This document shows positions 47,405 through 60,700 of a DNA stretch of 64,000 nucleotides, one piece after another. Made by a program: the position numbers and the translations under genes. The stretch covers positions 248,001-312,000 of the forward strand of contig NMRA01000105.1 in the NCBI GenBank assembly GCA_002633005.1, given 5' to 3'. Positions within the stretch are counted from its first letter, which is position 1; every line of letters starts with the position of its first letter. The stretch is from Phoronis australis. Taxonomy: Eukaryota > Animalia > Phoronida. The notes below the pieces were generated by a model. That model ran no database searches. It saw nothing but the letters and a program-made list of their open reading frames with translations, and was not told the origin of the DNA.

Positions 47405-49138
47405 ACCAATATGAAAAGGAATTCTTTAAAATTGTAGGAGAAATTACATATTAATTTTTGATGACCTTTCCACTAATTGACCTCTTCCGGTGCATTATGA
47501 GCCCCGATGAGGGAGTAATTGTTAACTCGGTTAAAAGTGTGGTTAATGCTAATAATCACAGACGTTTTACTTTAAGCACTTCAGAATACAAGTTGAATGA
47601 AGTGGTCAAACTTTCAGAAGAAAAATGCACCTAATGACCCCATGGGTGCACCAAATGACCTGAAAATTTAGAATTCATACTCAATCGGACTTAGTAAACA
47701 GATACGTAATTCTGAAGTCTCTAGCTCATAGTTTTAGTTTGCACTCAATGACCTTTGACCTATTTTTTCTGATTGGTTAGGCCTATTGCGAAGTAAAGTA
47801 GGGTATTTAATTGGCATGTTGACTTACACGAGTGTGCTGAAATTGAAAAGAATTCCTTGAAAAACGTATTAAGAGATATAACATTTTGAACGTTACATGA
47901 CCTTTGCACTAATTGACCTCTTCCGGTGCATTATGATTACCGATGAGGGAGTAATTGTTAACTCGGTTAAAAGTGTGGTTAGTGCGAATAATCACAGACG
48001 TTTTACTTTAAGCACTTCAGAATACAAGATGAATGAATTGGTCAAACTTTCAGAAGAAAAATGCACCTAATGACCCCATGGGTGCACCAAATGACCTGAA
48101 AATTTAGAATTCAAACTTAATCGCACTTAGTAAACAGATATGTAATTTTAAAGACTCTAGCTCAAAATTCTAGTTTGCACTCAATGACCATTGACCTATT
48201 TTTTCTGATTAGTTATGCCTATTGCGAAGTAAAGTAGGGTATTCAATTGGCATGTTGACTTACACCAGTGTGCTGAAATTGAAAAGAATTCCTTGAAAAA
48301 CGTAAGAGATATAAACTTTTAAACGTTACATGACCTTTGCACTAATTGACCTTATCCGGTGCATTTTAAGCATCTTTAGGAGAATTATTGCAAAGCCCAT
48401 GGAAAATGTGTTTAACGCTGAGAATCACAGTTGTCTAACGGTTGACACATCAGAAAACTTGCTGATTGAAAAGGTCAAATTTTCAGAAGAAAAATGCACC
48501 TAATGACCCCATGTTTGCACTAAATGACCTGAAACTTTGGATTCCGATTTGATTTACCTGTGGCAATCAGACCTGTCAATTTGAAGTGTCTAGCTCAAAA
48601 TTTTAGTTTGCACCTAATGACCTTTGACCTATTTCACCTGATTGGATGACCCGATTACTTAGAAAAGTAATTTTTTGAATTGTCATGTTGACCTTTACCT
48701 GTGCACCGAATTTGAAAAAGATAGCTTTAAAACTGAAGGAGGAGTAGCATTTTGAAAATTATATGACCTTTGCACCAAACGACCTCTTCCGGTGCAATAT
48801 GGAATATGATTATATAACCAATCAAAATTTATATACTGTCAAAAGTCATATGCTGAATTTAAAGACCGTACCTGCACCCAATTTGGAGTTATTAAGCCTC
48901 AAAGTTGGTCGGAAGAAGAATAAGAAGAAGAATAAGAAGAATAAGAATAAGAATAAGAATAAAATTGAAGAAAACCCAGGAACAACAGTACTCTGCGCTT
49001 ACACGCGCAGAGTAATAAAATTGAAGAAAACCCAGGAACAACAGTACTCTGCGCTTACACGCGCTGAGTAATAAGAAGAATAAAATTGAACAAAATCCAG
49101 GAACAACAGTACTCTGCGCTGACACGCGCAGAGTAATT
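47405..49138 (-). mobile_element. HINE-like element with 433-436-bp tandem repeats, AAG/AAT microsatellite and triplicated terminal palindrome
   Basis: Units start at 47461, 47897, 48330, 48763; microsatellite ~48913-48960; hairpin tactctgcgc-N6-gcgcagagta at 48989, 49045 and 49110. Confidence 0.72.
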
Positions 49139-49459
49139 AGTGTTATCTGGAAGGCATTGTTATGAGCAGTGTGCGTGTGTTCACACAAAAAATATAAAAG
49201 AAAATGGCGGTGTCTTTTTTCAATACTAGCAAACAACACCATATGTTTTCAAGCGTGACGTAACCCACCACTCTCGGCGCTTTTTGTTTTCATCTATTCC
49301 ACTGCTTCTTTGCATCCTTAAAAACAACATGGCGATGACACGCCCATTTCTTCACGTGCTGATCACTGAGGGTATGACCTTTTCCCGACCTCTGAAAAGG
49401 AGCCTTTCCTTTTTCCGGCACATGAAAAGGAGTCTTAAAAATGATAGCTAAGGTGACCA

Positions 49460-50128
49460 TATAGGCCTACTACCACTGCATTAGTATGAATGAGTGCAAT
49501 GAACCCATTTTCAAGATAACACGTTTTGCTATGAGTTCGCCATTTATAGGATATGAGCGTGTTAAACACTCTTTCCCAATCGTGCGACCTATCGACCATT
49601 GTCGAGAACTTGGCGAAGATGAGATGCTTAAGTAAACGGGATTGAAGGTGCACCTGCAACATAAATAGTTTTACCTTTTTTGTTGTCGTAGACATTGGTT
49701 TTTATGAGTAAAATTTTCGTGCAGAATATATTTAAGTGTTCCGACGCCTGCAAGAATCGCAACTGTGTCCACCGGTCTTTGGTTGTCGTAAATACCTAAG
49801 ATATGCAGGTGCCACATGTAGATGACGACAAATATGAATCTGTACCGAAAATCCTTTTCCATGGACAACTTTGCATAACATGTAGGTAATTCATGGAGGA
49901 AATAACAAATAAAAACTACCAGCTCTAAGTGGCTATCGTGACATGATACCAAAGAGTTAGGGTCATAATCCCAAGTTCCCCGCCTGGGTGGTATCAGATC
50001 ATTAAACGTTGAGGTCGGCTTCATCGAAAATGCAATTGGTGAAATAGTTTTTCTGATTATGACTGCCGCACTCGTTTCGGTCAGCCAGGTCAGCCGGCAG
50101 AGACTAGTGCAGTTTTTCCAGGACAGCA
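49460..50128 (-). pseudogene. Probable decayed LRR receptor relic B (5' part)
   Basis: Acceptor ttcacag at the homology boundary; signal-peptide-like MEKDFRYRFIFVVIYMWHLHILG; LRR-like remnants LQVHLQSRLLKHL, VDRSHD and KTCYLENGFIALIHTNA. Confidence 0.4.
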
Positions 50129-50519
50129 CTGTGAACGAACAAGTGATTAACAGAACAAAGTAGAACAGGACATTTCGATTGTTTAGGAGTTAGCATTCAA
50201 ACTTTACGACTGCTTCATGTTGAGCAATTCACAATCATACTGCTCTATCTATTGAGAAATGACATGTGACGTCATAGATTATAGCCTATGGTGGCGTGTA
50301 GCTGTTTTGTGGTTGCCTCGATAGAAGTAGAATTTACATCTACCACAGGAATTGAGACTGCTGCTGTAACCAGAACAGATTAAATCGACGTTTCCGCTCA
50401 ATGTCGCGTTTTGTGACATCCAAGATAACAAGAAGACAAATAATAAAACAAAAAACGATTCTTTATACTTGACCAGCTCATTTCGGGCCCATTGTGTTTA
50501 CAAAAAAACGTCTAAGAGG

Positions 50520-52380
50520 AGATACTAGATGATGCTGACACAGGGATTTCTGCGGATCAGCCATTATCCTTTCACTGGCCCATTCTCCTGTAGAGATGGC
50601 TATGTAACAAAGGGAGAGGTTCCTGGTAGATTCATGTTAGGAACATTGTGTTACAGACTAGTGTCATTGGCATACTACGTAAAGGAGTTAATCCATGGCT
50701 GATATGTGATTGAGTGTTGAAGTATTTCATCTTCCGACTTACGTGGAGCATCACTTTGACATGAGTCACATTGTACGATAATGCGATGTATGTCTTTAGT
50801 CAAACCGGGCCAAAAGATTGTTCGTCAAGCTCTTCGCAGTGTTGAAGCTAGCCCCTGATGGCTGGCGTGTATTAAACTCAACAAGTGATTTCTCAAAGAT
50901 TTCGGAATCACAATGTGATTCCCTGGATCATCAAACCGTGTTCTATAGACAGTTCGGAACGAACCGAACAGAATGGTGCCAAGTCATCAGTGCACTGCCG
51001 CCAATCCGAGGCTATACTTTGGCCATAAGTTTTGAAGTTCTTCGTCGTCCTTTGTATGTTTGCGCACCAACTCTAGCATCGTATCTACATTTGGTGGATC
51101 AGCGGTTATCAATGAAGGAAAAACATGATCGTAATCCATGTCTATCGCCGTTTCATGTAGGTGATTTCTCGACAACATGTCGGCTGTTATTTGTTCCGCC
51201 CCTGGCGGCCATTCGATTTTGAATGCATATCTTTGAAGTGTTTGGATCGTAGCTTGCAAGCGTCTCGGTGCCAGTAACACTGCTCTATTGAGTATGGACA
51301 CCAACGGCTGATGATCTGTTTGAATTGTAAGGTCCACGTGGCCAAACAGATACTGGTCAAGCTTTCTCGTTGCGAAAACAATTGCTAGTCATTCAAGCTC
51401 TAACGGGGCATATCTTTTTTCTGCGTCGGTTAGCGAACGAGATGCATGAACTATGGGTCTGCAATTTTGCATCAGAATTGCACCCAAACCAGCTGTGCTT
51501 GCATCTGTCTGAATGACTGTTGGTTTCCGACTGTCATAGTACTCCAGCACCTTGTCAATACTAATCTCGTTTACCAACTTTTCATACGCTCGTTGCTGGT
51601 CAGTTCCCCACACAAAACTAGCTTTTGCGGCTTGTAAGAGACGACGAAGTGGTTTGCACTCAGCAGATTAGTTCGGAATGATCTTAGTCATGTAGTTAAC
51701 AAATCCTATGAATTGGCTAACTTGGTCAGCATCTTTGGGCGGGGGCATGTCACGAATGGCCTTTCACCTTCTCCGGATCCGGCTTAACTCCATCTGTGGT
51801 CAAGACATGCCCAATAGGGGAGTTCTTTTTTCAAGAAGACACATTCCCTTCCATTTAGTTAAGACTAGACTTTCGAGCGCGAAGTAGCAGTTACCTTAAA
51901 CTTTGATCATGGTCCGCAAGGTTGCAACCGTAAATGAGGATGTCGTCCCCAACGACTGTTACCCACTTTAAGGCACGTAGAACCTGAAATTCTTCTGGGG
52001 ACGTCGAAAGACCGAAAGTCATTCGCATCCACTTGTACCGCCCGACTGGTCCCCAGAATGTGGTAAGCTCCGCTGATTTGTCACTGAGACGCACTTGCAG
52101 AAATCCATCGCGAGCACCAAAGAGAGAAAAAATGTTTCGCTCCTGCGAGTTCAGGAAAAACATCTTCGATACAGGGCATTGTGAAATGATTGCGTTTTAC
52201 TGCTGAATTCAGATTTTTGGGGTCTAGGCACAAACGTATCTGACCGTTCGCTTTTCGGACCGGTTGGGCATGACTGACCCACTCGGTAGGATGGTCTACT
52301 TTAGCTATAATCCTACGTTCCTCCAACTCGTCGAGTTTCTTTTGAACGTCGGCTTTCATGGACAAAGGAATTTACCATGT
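50520..52380 (-). mobile_element. Degenerate Ty3/Gypsy pol fragment (RT, RNase H, start of integrase)
   Basis: Frameshifted ORFs: RLCLDPKNLN, FGLSTSPEEFQ...VVGDDILIYG, QTDASTAGLGAIL...ASRSLTDAEKRYAPLELE, TDHQPLVSI. No LTRs recognised. Confidence 0.9.
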
Positions 52381-55300
52381 AAACAAGATGGGAGTCCGTG
52401 TAGTAGTTGCGTCGATGTTGTCTGATATGTTAAACCCCTAACTCAAATGTGACTGACTACCACTGTGTCAAGAACCGGAAACTATTTAAAGTCCTAAGTT
52501 TTCAACAAACCGTGCTGTCCTTTAAGTCTTTCCATTCCCTTGTAAACTAACTATAACTATGAACTGAATGTGTCACTTTACCAAGGTCCTTTTACACCAT
52601 CTAACCATTTCATCCATCAAATGTTTTGCTTAGACCAGACGTTTGTCACTTTCTCTTCCTCGCACACTCGCGTTGACGCTAACGCTCTTTCTAATCCCGA
52701 CTAACAATTGCACTAAAAAGTAAGACAGCATGAATGAGCCCAAATGCTGTTCAAGGTCACACAATGCATTCTGAATTCCTCTGCAGATACCACCTGCACA
52801 AGCAGATGGAGCTAAGCAGTGGTTCCCGTGATTGGTTACTGCCGAGATAGGGACAAAGATTTTTCTGACAAACGAAATGTTTTTAAAATGTCCCTATAAA
52901 CCGGAAGGTTCACAAATCCGTCAGAAAGCTAGTTAGTTTGAAACTAGTCCGAGGGTGTATGAAACCAAGAACTAGCAATTCAAAGTCAACTACAGTGGAG
53001 CAGCAACATTTTAGTGGTGATAAACGAAAATCTGAAAATGAAAATAAATGGGCCACAATTAATGCTCAGTGCACATTGCCGAACAATTTTTGAATCCTTT
53101 TGAGAGGCACTGGCTCTTCGAAGAACAAGTTTCAAACAGGCGCTTGCATATTAACTCCCGAGCATTTTGCCCGAAATCACTGATCAGAGCCTCGTGTCAT
53201 GAGAGTCCAAACTTTTAACGTTCGGACTGATGGACTATCGCTAGGTGGATCTTCGGCGTTATGGATTTTCTGCCGGACTTCCAAACCTTGGAACCCAAGA
53301 ATACCGTGATTTCTTACCTTCGGCCAACACTCTTTCTCACTTGTTGCCACTACATTTCCGTAACTGTGGGGTTGTGACAGAGGGTAATTTTCAGATATAA
53401 GGACCTTATAAGACTATGCACCTAGACCAGTATAACAATGAGAAAATAAGTTGCTGTGAACAAAATAGAACTGGTTTTTATGCGCCCACATTTACATTTG
53501 TGGGTGCATATTGCCGTCATCTCTTTCCGGATTTGCGGGCGTCCGCAGCTGCATCTCGTAAACGCCTTGCAGGATCTTGGATGAGATTTGGCAGATGTAT
53601 TCCGTGCAGTATCCACTTTGTTGAAGGTTTTAGTGTATCTCTTTAGGCGTGTGGGTCACATTTGAAGAAAAGAGAGCATGTCTTGTTTTTGCGAAGGTCT
53701 CACAAAAACTGTGCTTACATTATTACAATCACTTACAGCGCCATTGAGGTAATGGGGTTTTTTGGGAGGGGGGATTACCAACGGACTCGTAATCGAAGCC
53801 TATGAAACTGTTGGTGACTGCGAAACTAGGAAGAACACCGTTTTCATTCGTACCAATCGACAATATCTACGCCTCTGGAGTACACGGCGTTTCTTTGTAC
53901 GCGATCATTTCAATGAAGTAGTGGAGTCTTTTGGGTGGCGTTTGTGCTTAATTAGTCCTTTTTGCTGATTGTGATGATATTCTGAACTTCTTGGTCGATT
54001 TTAATGAGAGTAGAATTCCTGCTTTTGGTATGTTTAGCTCCTATAATATAAAAAAATGTGCAATTCAGGTTTGATGGCAATTATGTGGATTAAATGGAGA
54101 GTGGTTGAATGATATTCAGTGGTTATTTTAAGTTATTATGAATGTAACAGAGCAAGTCTCCACTGAACATCAAAAATGTGTATTTCCTCTCATCAGGCAT
54201 ACGTTTCAGTTCAATTGCACATGATAACGATCAATCTTCATGAAGGCAAAGGAAGGAAACACCCTTCTCCTGAGCCTGTCTCTAGCGAAGTGCCCGACAC
54301 ATACAGTCGTGCCCACATGCCCACGTAACAAAGGCGCACTGAGACGCAACAAAGACATCAGCATAAGAATAACTGAACATTTGCAACTAAATAAGAATAA
54401 CAATAAGCGTAAAGTTACGAACGTCCCGTCACACGAATGCAAACCGCTTATTTTATTTGTTGGCCGATAGAATATGATCTTATGCTGTCACCAACAACAG
54501 GATCGTAAGAAATACATTTCTAAGATGGGTTTTCCTCTTTTGCAGCGGCGTCGTCTAATATTCCTAATCAAAAGTCTTGATTTAATTAAATTTGTACTTC
54601 AAAACACAAAATACACTGTACATTAAGTTTTCAGTTCAGGTCAAACATGCTCTGTTCCTTATAGTTAGTTAATTTTATTTTCGGTACTCTCAATTGCTTA
54701 TTCCGTTTTAGCAATTTTGCAGTTTTCAAGCACTGGACTTTGATTGACTCGTTTCTCATTAACGAGCCAGACCTGACATCAAGACCAGTCACTGGACCAA
54801 AGTTCCCAAAGGAGCACTGACATGAACGACACCGGAGCCAAAAGGTATAGGCTTAGTCCTGTTCATCTGTCGCATCCCGGAAGTTGTAGCTTTCGACCAA
54901 ATGTTTGTACTTTATGAGCTATCGAAATTTGACCTGAACACTTGTTATGCGCCTGGGTTGATCTTTCGTTTTTGCGAGTATCGTGCCTTTCCGGAATGCA
55001 ACCCTGCTACTGGAGTCGTATTGCTTGGAAAATTTAAAACTTTAAGAGAATGCAAACACAAAGACAAATAGGGAAGAACTTTTTCCACCGACTCGGGCGA
55101 TTAAGAATACGGCAGGAGACTGGAAAAACGAGATAAGTCATGAACTTAATTGAAAATTTTACCTCTTTTAAAAAGGTTTTAATTTGTAGATTTCAGGGTA
55201 CTGATATTGTTAACGTTAAATGAATGTACATGGATACACTGAAGTAATTGACGATAACAGTGCTAACAGTGTTGTATTTCTGTCCAGGTGGTATGTTTTG

Positions 55301-55499
55301 TGTCGTCGTATGTGTGTATAACTTCTTTGGCATAATTTTTATCACTTCTGTTTTCCTTATGACCTTATGAATTTAGGCATACTTGTGTGACACCATGACG
55401 TTTCAAGGGGCATCTCGTAACCAAGACAAAGTCGCAGATATTGCCACAGAAGAGATTATGGATGACGTCGAGTGCTTCCGTCAAACTCGTGCCAGCAGC

Positions 55500-56912
55500 C
55501 CCCATCTGTCACAGCAACTGCAATTGAAATTAGTTAACCCAGCGACACCTCTCTGTGTTAAAGTAGAACGGACACAAATTTTTTCACTTTTTTATGCATG
55601 GTTTGCCCCCTAATTCTTTGATATCATTTGCTATTTCTCCCATTGTTAAGGACAAGTCTGCAAATGTCAACTTCAGAGACAATTATCGTACTATTGCCCT
55701 TGCTAGTGTTGTAAGTAAAGTGTTTAAATTTATTATTTTGAGTAGTGCTGATGGTCTTTTAACAACTGCACTTAATCAGTTTGGAGTTGGTTATGAGGGA
55801 AATGATTAATGCATACAGAATTATGAATTGTAGTACTTTTACTTGCTTTCTTGATGCAAATAAGATATTTGATAGAGTTAATCAAATAAAATTAACAAAC
55901 TGTTCGTGATAACCCAGAGAGTGCCTGGTTTTATATCCTCTTGTTTATTCAACATTTACGTTGATGGCTTAACCCAGAAGTTCAGACTTTTTGGCCGTTG
56001 GGGTATGATTTCTGATATAAAATTTAATCATCTCATATATCCTGATTACCTGGTCTTGCTTGCACCCTCTGTAGAGGATTTGAACAAACTGATAAACACT
56101 TGTGAGGCTCATGACACATGGCATTAAATATAATCCTGACAAAAATGCAGTCATCAGGGTACTTTCTGGTGGTAACCTGTCTGCCTTCAAACTACACGAC
56201 AGGGTTATTAGGCAGGTGAATGAATACTTATATTTAGGTCGTATCGACTCGTGTGATTAATCATATGATATTGACATTTTACGGCAACGGTGGAAACTAT
56301 TTGCTCCATGCGAACTCTAATTCGAAAATTCTGTCGTAACACTTTTGTAAAACTCAAATTGGTTTGTTCATTTGTGCGTCCATGTACACTGCTGACCTCT
56401 GGTGGAATTTTAAATGCTCAACTTATAACAAAATTTGTATTGAATTCTTATCATTACGCGTTCAAACGATTTCTGGGCTTTTCTATATTTTCTAGTCACG
56501 ACTAGCCCTCTCTGTACTGTCTTTAATGTCAGTGTCGGTAATTGTACTGAATGCGGCAATTATACTGAATGCGGTAATTGTACTGAATGTGGTAATTGTA
56601 CTGAATGCGGTATAACGTAAGCTCAGGTACCATTATTTTGTGTAGGCTTCACATTGAATTCAGTCCATCCCTTTCTTATTGCTATACATTTCTTCAAGTG
56701 ACCTACTCCAATACTGAGCTGTTAGACCGCCTATTCGTTCATTTTGGATGATATCATTATACACTTGACATGTATTCTATGCTCCCGATGATCTATCTGT
56801 TTGTCTATTACTCATTGTTCTTATCTTGATCGTTTGTCACTGTTATTATTACTTGTATTTCTGAATAGTAGTAGCTAGTTTATGGACGCTATTTATGTCT
56901 GAAATAAAGTCT
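55500..56912 (+). mobile_element. Degenerate non-LTR retrotransposon relic (RTEX/L2-like RT)
   Basis: Fragments PIVKDK...DNYRTIALASVVSKVF...NQFG, CFLDANKIFDRVN, SCLFNIYVDGL, HLIYPDYLVLLAPS (decayed YADD). 3' end gtctgaaataaa near 56897-56908. Clade assignment is tentative. Confidence 0.72.
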
Positions 56913-56984
56913 TATGCTTCTGCGGGGTTGCCGGTACACCGTACGTTCCCTCAAACGCAAGAAAGTCGCTACTTAGTGTCGGTG

Positions 56985-57530
56985 ATTTTGTTAAATGTTT
57001 ATTGTGAAATATTCAGTACAATGAATATACATATCCAGAAAGCGCCAAGAGGCATTGTATCTGGGTTAAATATATACAAAGAAATCTATATACAATTATT
57101 ATACACAACTACATAATTTAAAAAACTGATGTTAAGATTACACAATGACATATGATTACGATTACCAATAAACCATTTTCATACGCAATAAATTATTTTA
57201 CATGTATACAACTTTATCTACTCACACAAAGAGATTTAATGTTAAAAAGAAATTTTGATACTATTTCGGATAAAACCTTATTTTCATTTAGGTCGAGTTC
57301 TTTATATCCATTTAGAAAAAAAGTTGTTATACATTTGAGGAAGATCGTATATTTTTTTGTAAACATTGGGGGTATTGTTCGAGTGTCTGGAAAAGTTGTA
57401 CCCTCTGCTCCCCGCATACCGCACAAGCAAATAAAACGAGCATTTATCTGAGTGTCTCCACAGGAACACAGAGGTGAAATTTTAATAAAATTATGCCTAA
57501 ATTTGTCGTTGTTTAGGAATAGTCCACAGT
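56985..57530 (-). mobile_element. 3' fragment of a CR1-like LINE
   Basis: Minus-strand translation gives LNNDKFRHNF..SPLCSCG and FLNGYKELDLNENKVLSEIVSKFL, typical of CR1-type ORF2 C-termini. Minus-strand AATAAA at 56998-57003. Confidence 0.6.
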
Positions 57531-57674
57531 TTCGGTGATCACGTTCTTAATTTGAAATGCATGGCAATATCTTGTGTAAACTTGCGTGTTTGCGAGAATG
57601 TTGCGTCTAACGCAGCCTTGGTCGGATTCCTCTGTTACCGTGGCAAATCCGCCGCGGGCATCAGAATACACTAA

Positions 57675-57740
57675 ACCACTAGAGATGGCGCTACCAACAG
57701 GTAGTCACACGCATGCGTAGATACATCCATCAAGATGGCG
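57675..57740 (+). promoter_or_regulatory. PMPCB proximal promoter motifs (NRF-1-like, YY1-like)
   Basis: acgcatgcgt at 57709-57718 resembles the NRF-1 palindrome; caagatggcg overlapping the ATG matches the YY1 core. Motif match only. Confidence 0.45.
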
Positions 57741-60700
57741 TTGCGCTTGCTGAAAGTGACTGGTGGCCTCGCAAGATCTTTTTCGAAAGCTAAAGGGGTA
57801 CTGGTGTGATCTTATTCCTGATTTGTTACACGAGCCATTACACCATTAATCACCATATTTCGTTTGGTGCTTTGTCACATTATTCTGCTGTTCATTAACA
57901 AACACCGCATTGAAGTCTTCGTCGTGCCATGTTCGTACCACAGGCACAGGCGTCCTCAGCTTCTGATCGTCCCCAATACACTACATATAGTACTACTATA
58001 TGTAGTGTATTGGGGACGATCAGAAGCTGAGGACGCCTGTGGTTCGTACTAGTACGCCGTCTCAATTTACCAAGTATAGACTGTATGTCTGTAGTCATCT
58101 CATAGACCCTCCATACGCCAGAAGCGTTTCGGCGAATTATCCCCCACACTGATTGAACCATCTGAGTCATGTCGTTATAAGTACCTTTTGCACATACGAG
58201 TGACACCTTAGGAAGGCGTTGATGTGTAACTCTTCACTCTGTTCCAACAAATACTCGCACAATCAAACTTTTTTTCGAACAGTCCTTCATTCAGTTGACC
58301 AAATTGACAGCTGGGCATTTTTACACTGATATGATGTTCTCCATTGGCTGTTATAGCAAGCTGCACCCTCTTTAATTTCAGCTTTTGACTTTGCGCTCTC
58401 TTAAATCCTCTCACCATCTTTTCCAGCTTCTTTGAATTTGTTTAACAAGGAAGTCCTTACCTGCACTCTTTTCAGTCCATGTAAATTTGGTTTTGACAAT
58501 CATTGTGGAAGTCCTTTTCAAATTCATCCCATCGTGGTTACTAGTAATAGGAACACTTCAGCATTCAACATTTCTTGATCCATTTGAGTGAAGGGGTTAT
58601 TATACAGTATGTTGCACAGAAGTTGATACCAACTGTAGCAAAAGTTGTCAAGCAAACACCCTGTGGTGGAATGCTCCAAAAAAAAAAACTGTTCAGTCTT
58701 ATCTGTTAAAAGATACGGACAGCTCAAGAAATTGTATGTAAACAAATGAAACACAAAGGGTTTTAGTTACAGTCGAGTGGCTCTGAATAATTGTGTTGCT
58801 TATTCGAGTGTGACTTCAGTTAGCACTCACCGAGCCAATACTGTTTTCAGTTGCACTTGTTAAACGATTGCTACGGATTTGTTTCAGGTTCCAGGCATTA
58901 CTTTCATTCATGGAAAGCGACACAGGTCAACCCAGACTGCCACCTATGAGCAGACGCTGCTAAACTGGCCAGAAACTCGTCTCTCTATTCTTGACAATGG
59001 TGTCAGAATTGCCACCGAAGACTCTGGTATCCCCACCTGCACTGTAAGTGTTACCTTAGTTACATATTGTAGGAACACGTGCAGAATGAGGAACGACAAC
59101 TCTTGATTAAGTTGAGGTTCTTACCATTCTAAAACTGGTCCCAACTATTTCCCTGGTCACTGGGACTGAGGTCCATTCTCCATGACCATTTTAGAGGAAC
59201 ATGGATATGAGCCAACTGGCCCATACACAGTCAAGTCTATGGCTCAGTTTAGGGAGCTATTGGAATAAGCAATTGATGTCTGGTAGCAATATCTAAACAT
59301 ATTGCCTGACACAAAATGGCCCAAGCCAGTTGGCCTGAGCCAAGCAATTATCAGTCACGCGCTATTGTTATTTTAATCTGTGAATGATCTTGAGTACATA
59401 GTTTGACCACTCCTTCCTAAGCAAGAGTTTGTAAATTAGGACTTGGCAGTAGACTTGATAAGCATGACGTTGAGTATTTTACCGCTGCCTACATCCTTGA
59501 CAGTTTATGTGTCGCATTTGCTCAATATTGGTTAGCTTTTGTTTCAATCCTTGAGTAGAGAGAGTATCATTCCTATGTTAAGTCTAAGTGTTTTATACCA
59601 AAAAACATAACCTGAATTTAGCATCTTTAACACATGATTATGCAATCTTCAGCAAAATTTTCTTGCCCCTGGCTAGTAGTTACTGGTGAGTATTATGGAA
59701 TCTTAGACTAGTTTTGATGGATAATTACCATCCATTATTGTGGAGGATTGGTTCAAAAACTGTTCGTTTCCCAATTTGAAAAAAAATAACCTATTACCCC
59801 TCTGAAATCATAAGAGATTGGTTGTTTGAAGACATTTGTAAAGTTCACAACAGTGTACATTTTCCAAGTGGACACAACAACACTGTTTATGAATTGCGGA
59901 CGTGCACACGGCAAATTTGAATTACCTGTTGCTGAGAACACTGTTGTTTGGTGTTTGAATTTGTCCAGTTGCAAAAAATGTGTTTTCTCTAAATGTTTTT
60001 TCTTTGTTCTGCAGGTGGGAGTGTGGATAGATGCGGGTAGTCGATTTGAGAATGACAAAAATAATGGCACGGCTCATTTTCTGGAACACATGGCTTTCAA
60101 AGTAAGTAGACATGTAATTTACACTGTTACAGCTTTCACACGCCATTCAATCATAAGCTAGACCTCTTTAGATCTACAATCTGAATGCAAAAATTCATAA
60201 TGAACAATCGCCAGATGTTTTATCAACCTTCATATCACCCACCGAATTCACCGACGTATCTGCTTTCTTACCGTAACTCAGCTTGTGCCTACTCTCTAGC
60301 GCCCCATGGTCACTGCATGTGATTGGCCAGAATATTAGCATTTTTATGCACCCACATTTTTGTATGTGGATGCATTATCCGTCATCTCCGTCCGTCTGGC
60401 GTCCGCTGCTCTATCTCCAAAACGCCTTGACGTACGTTCATGAAATTTTGCACACGTGTTCCTTCCGTGGATGGGACGGCATGAGCGAACTTTCGGACGG
60501 ATCTGACTACCGGTGTGCCCCTAGTGGCAATTTTAGTTTTTTATATTATCTTCAAAAGTCCTGAACGGATTTTTGTAAAATTTGGTATATAGGCACCTAG
60601 TAGGGAGATGACGCTCTCCTGCTGTGTTCGGATGGATTCAACGTAGTTTGTGCCACCTATTAGCCATTTTTACTGTTTTCGAGTCTGTGTTTGGCGTCCA

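Noticed and set aside
48763-49242. Lys/Asn-rich and Leu/Ile-rich ORFs
   Set aside because: They translate the AAG/AAT microsatellite and terminal repeats.
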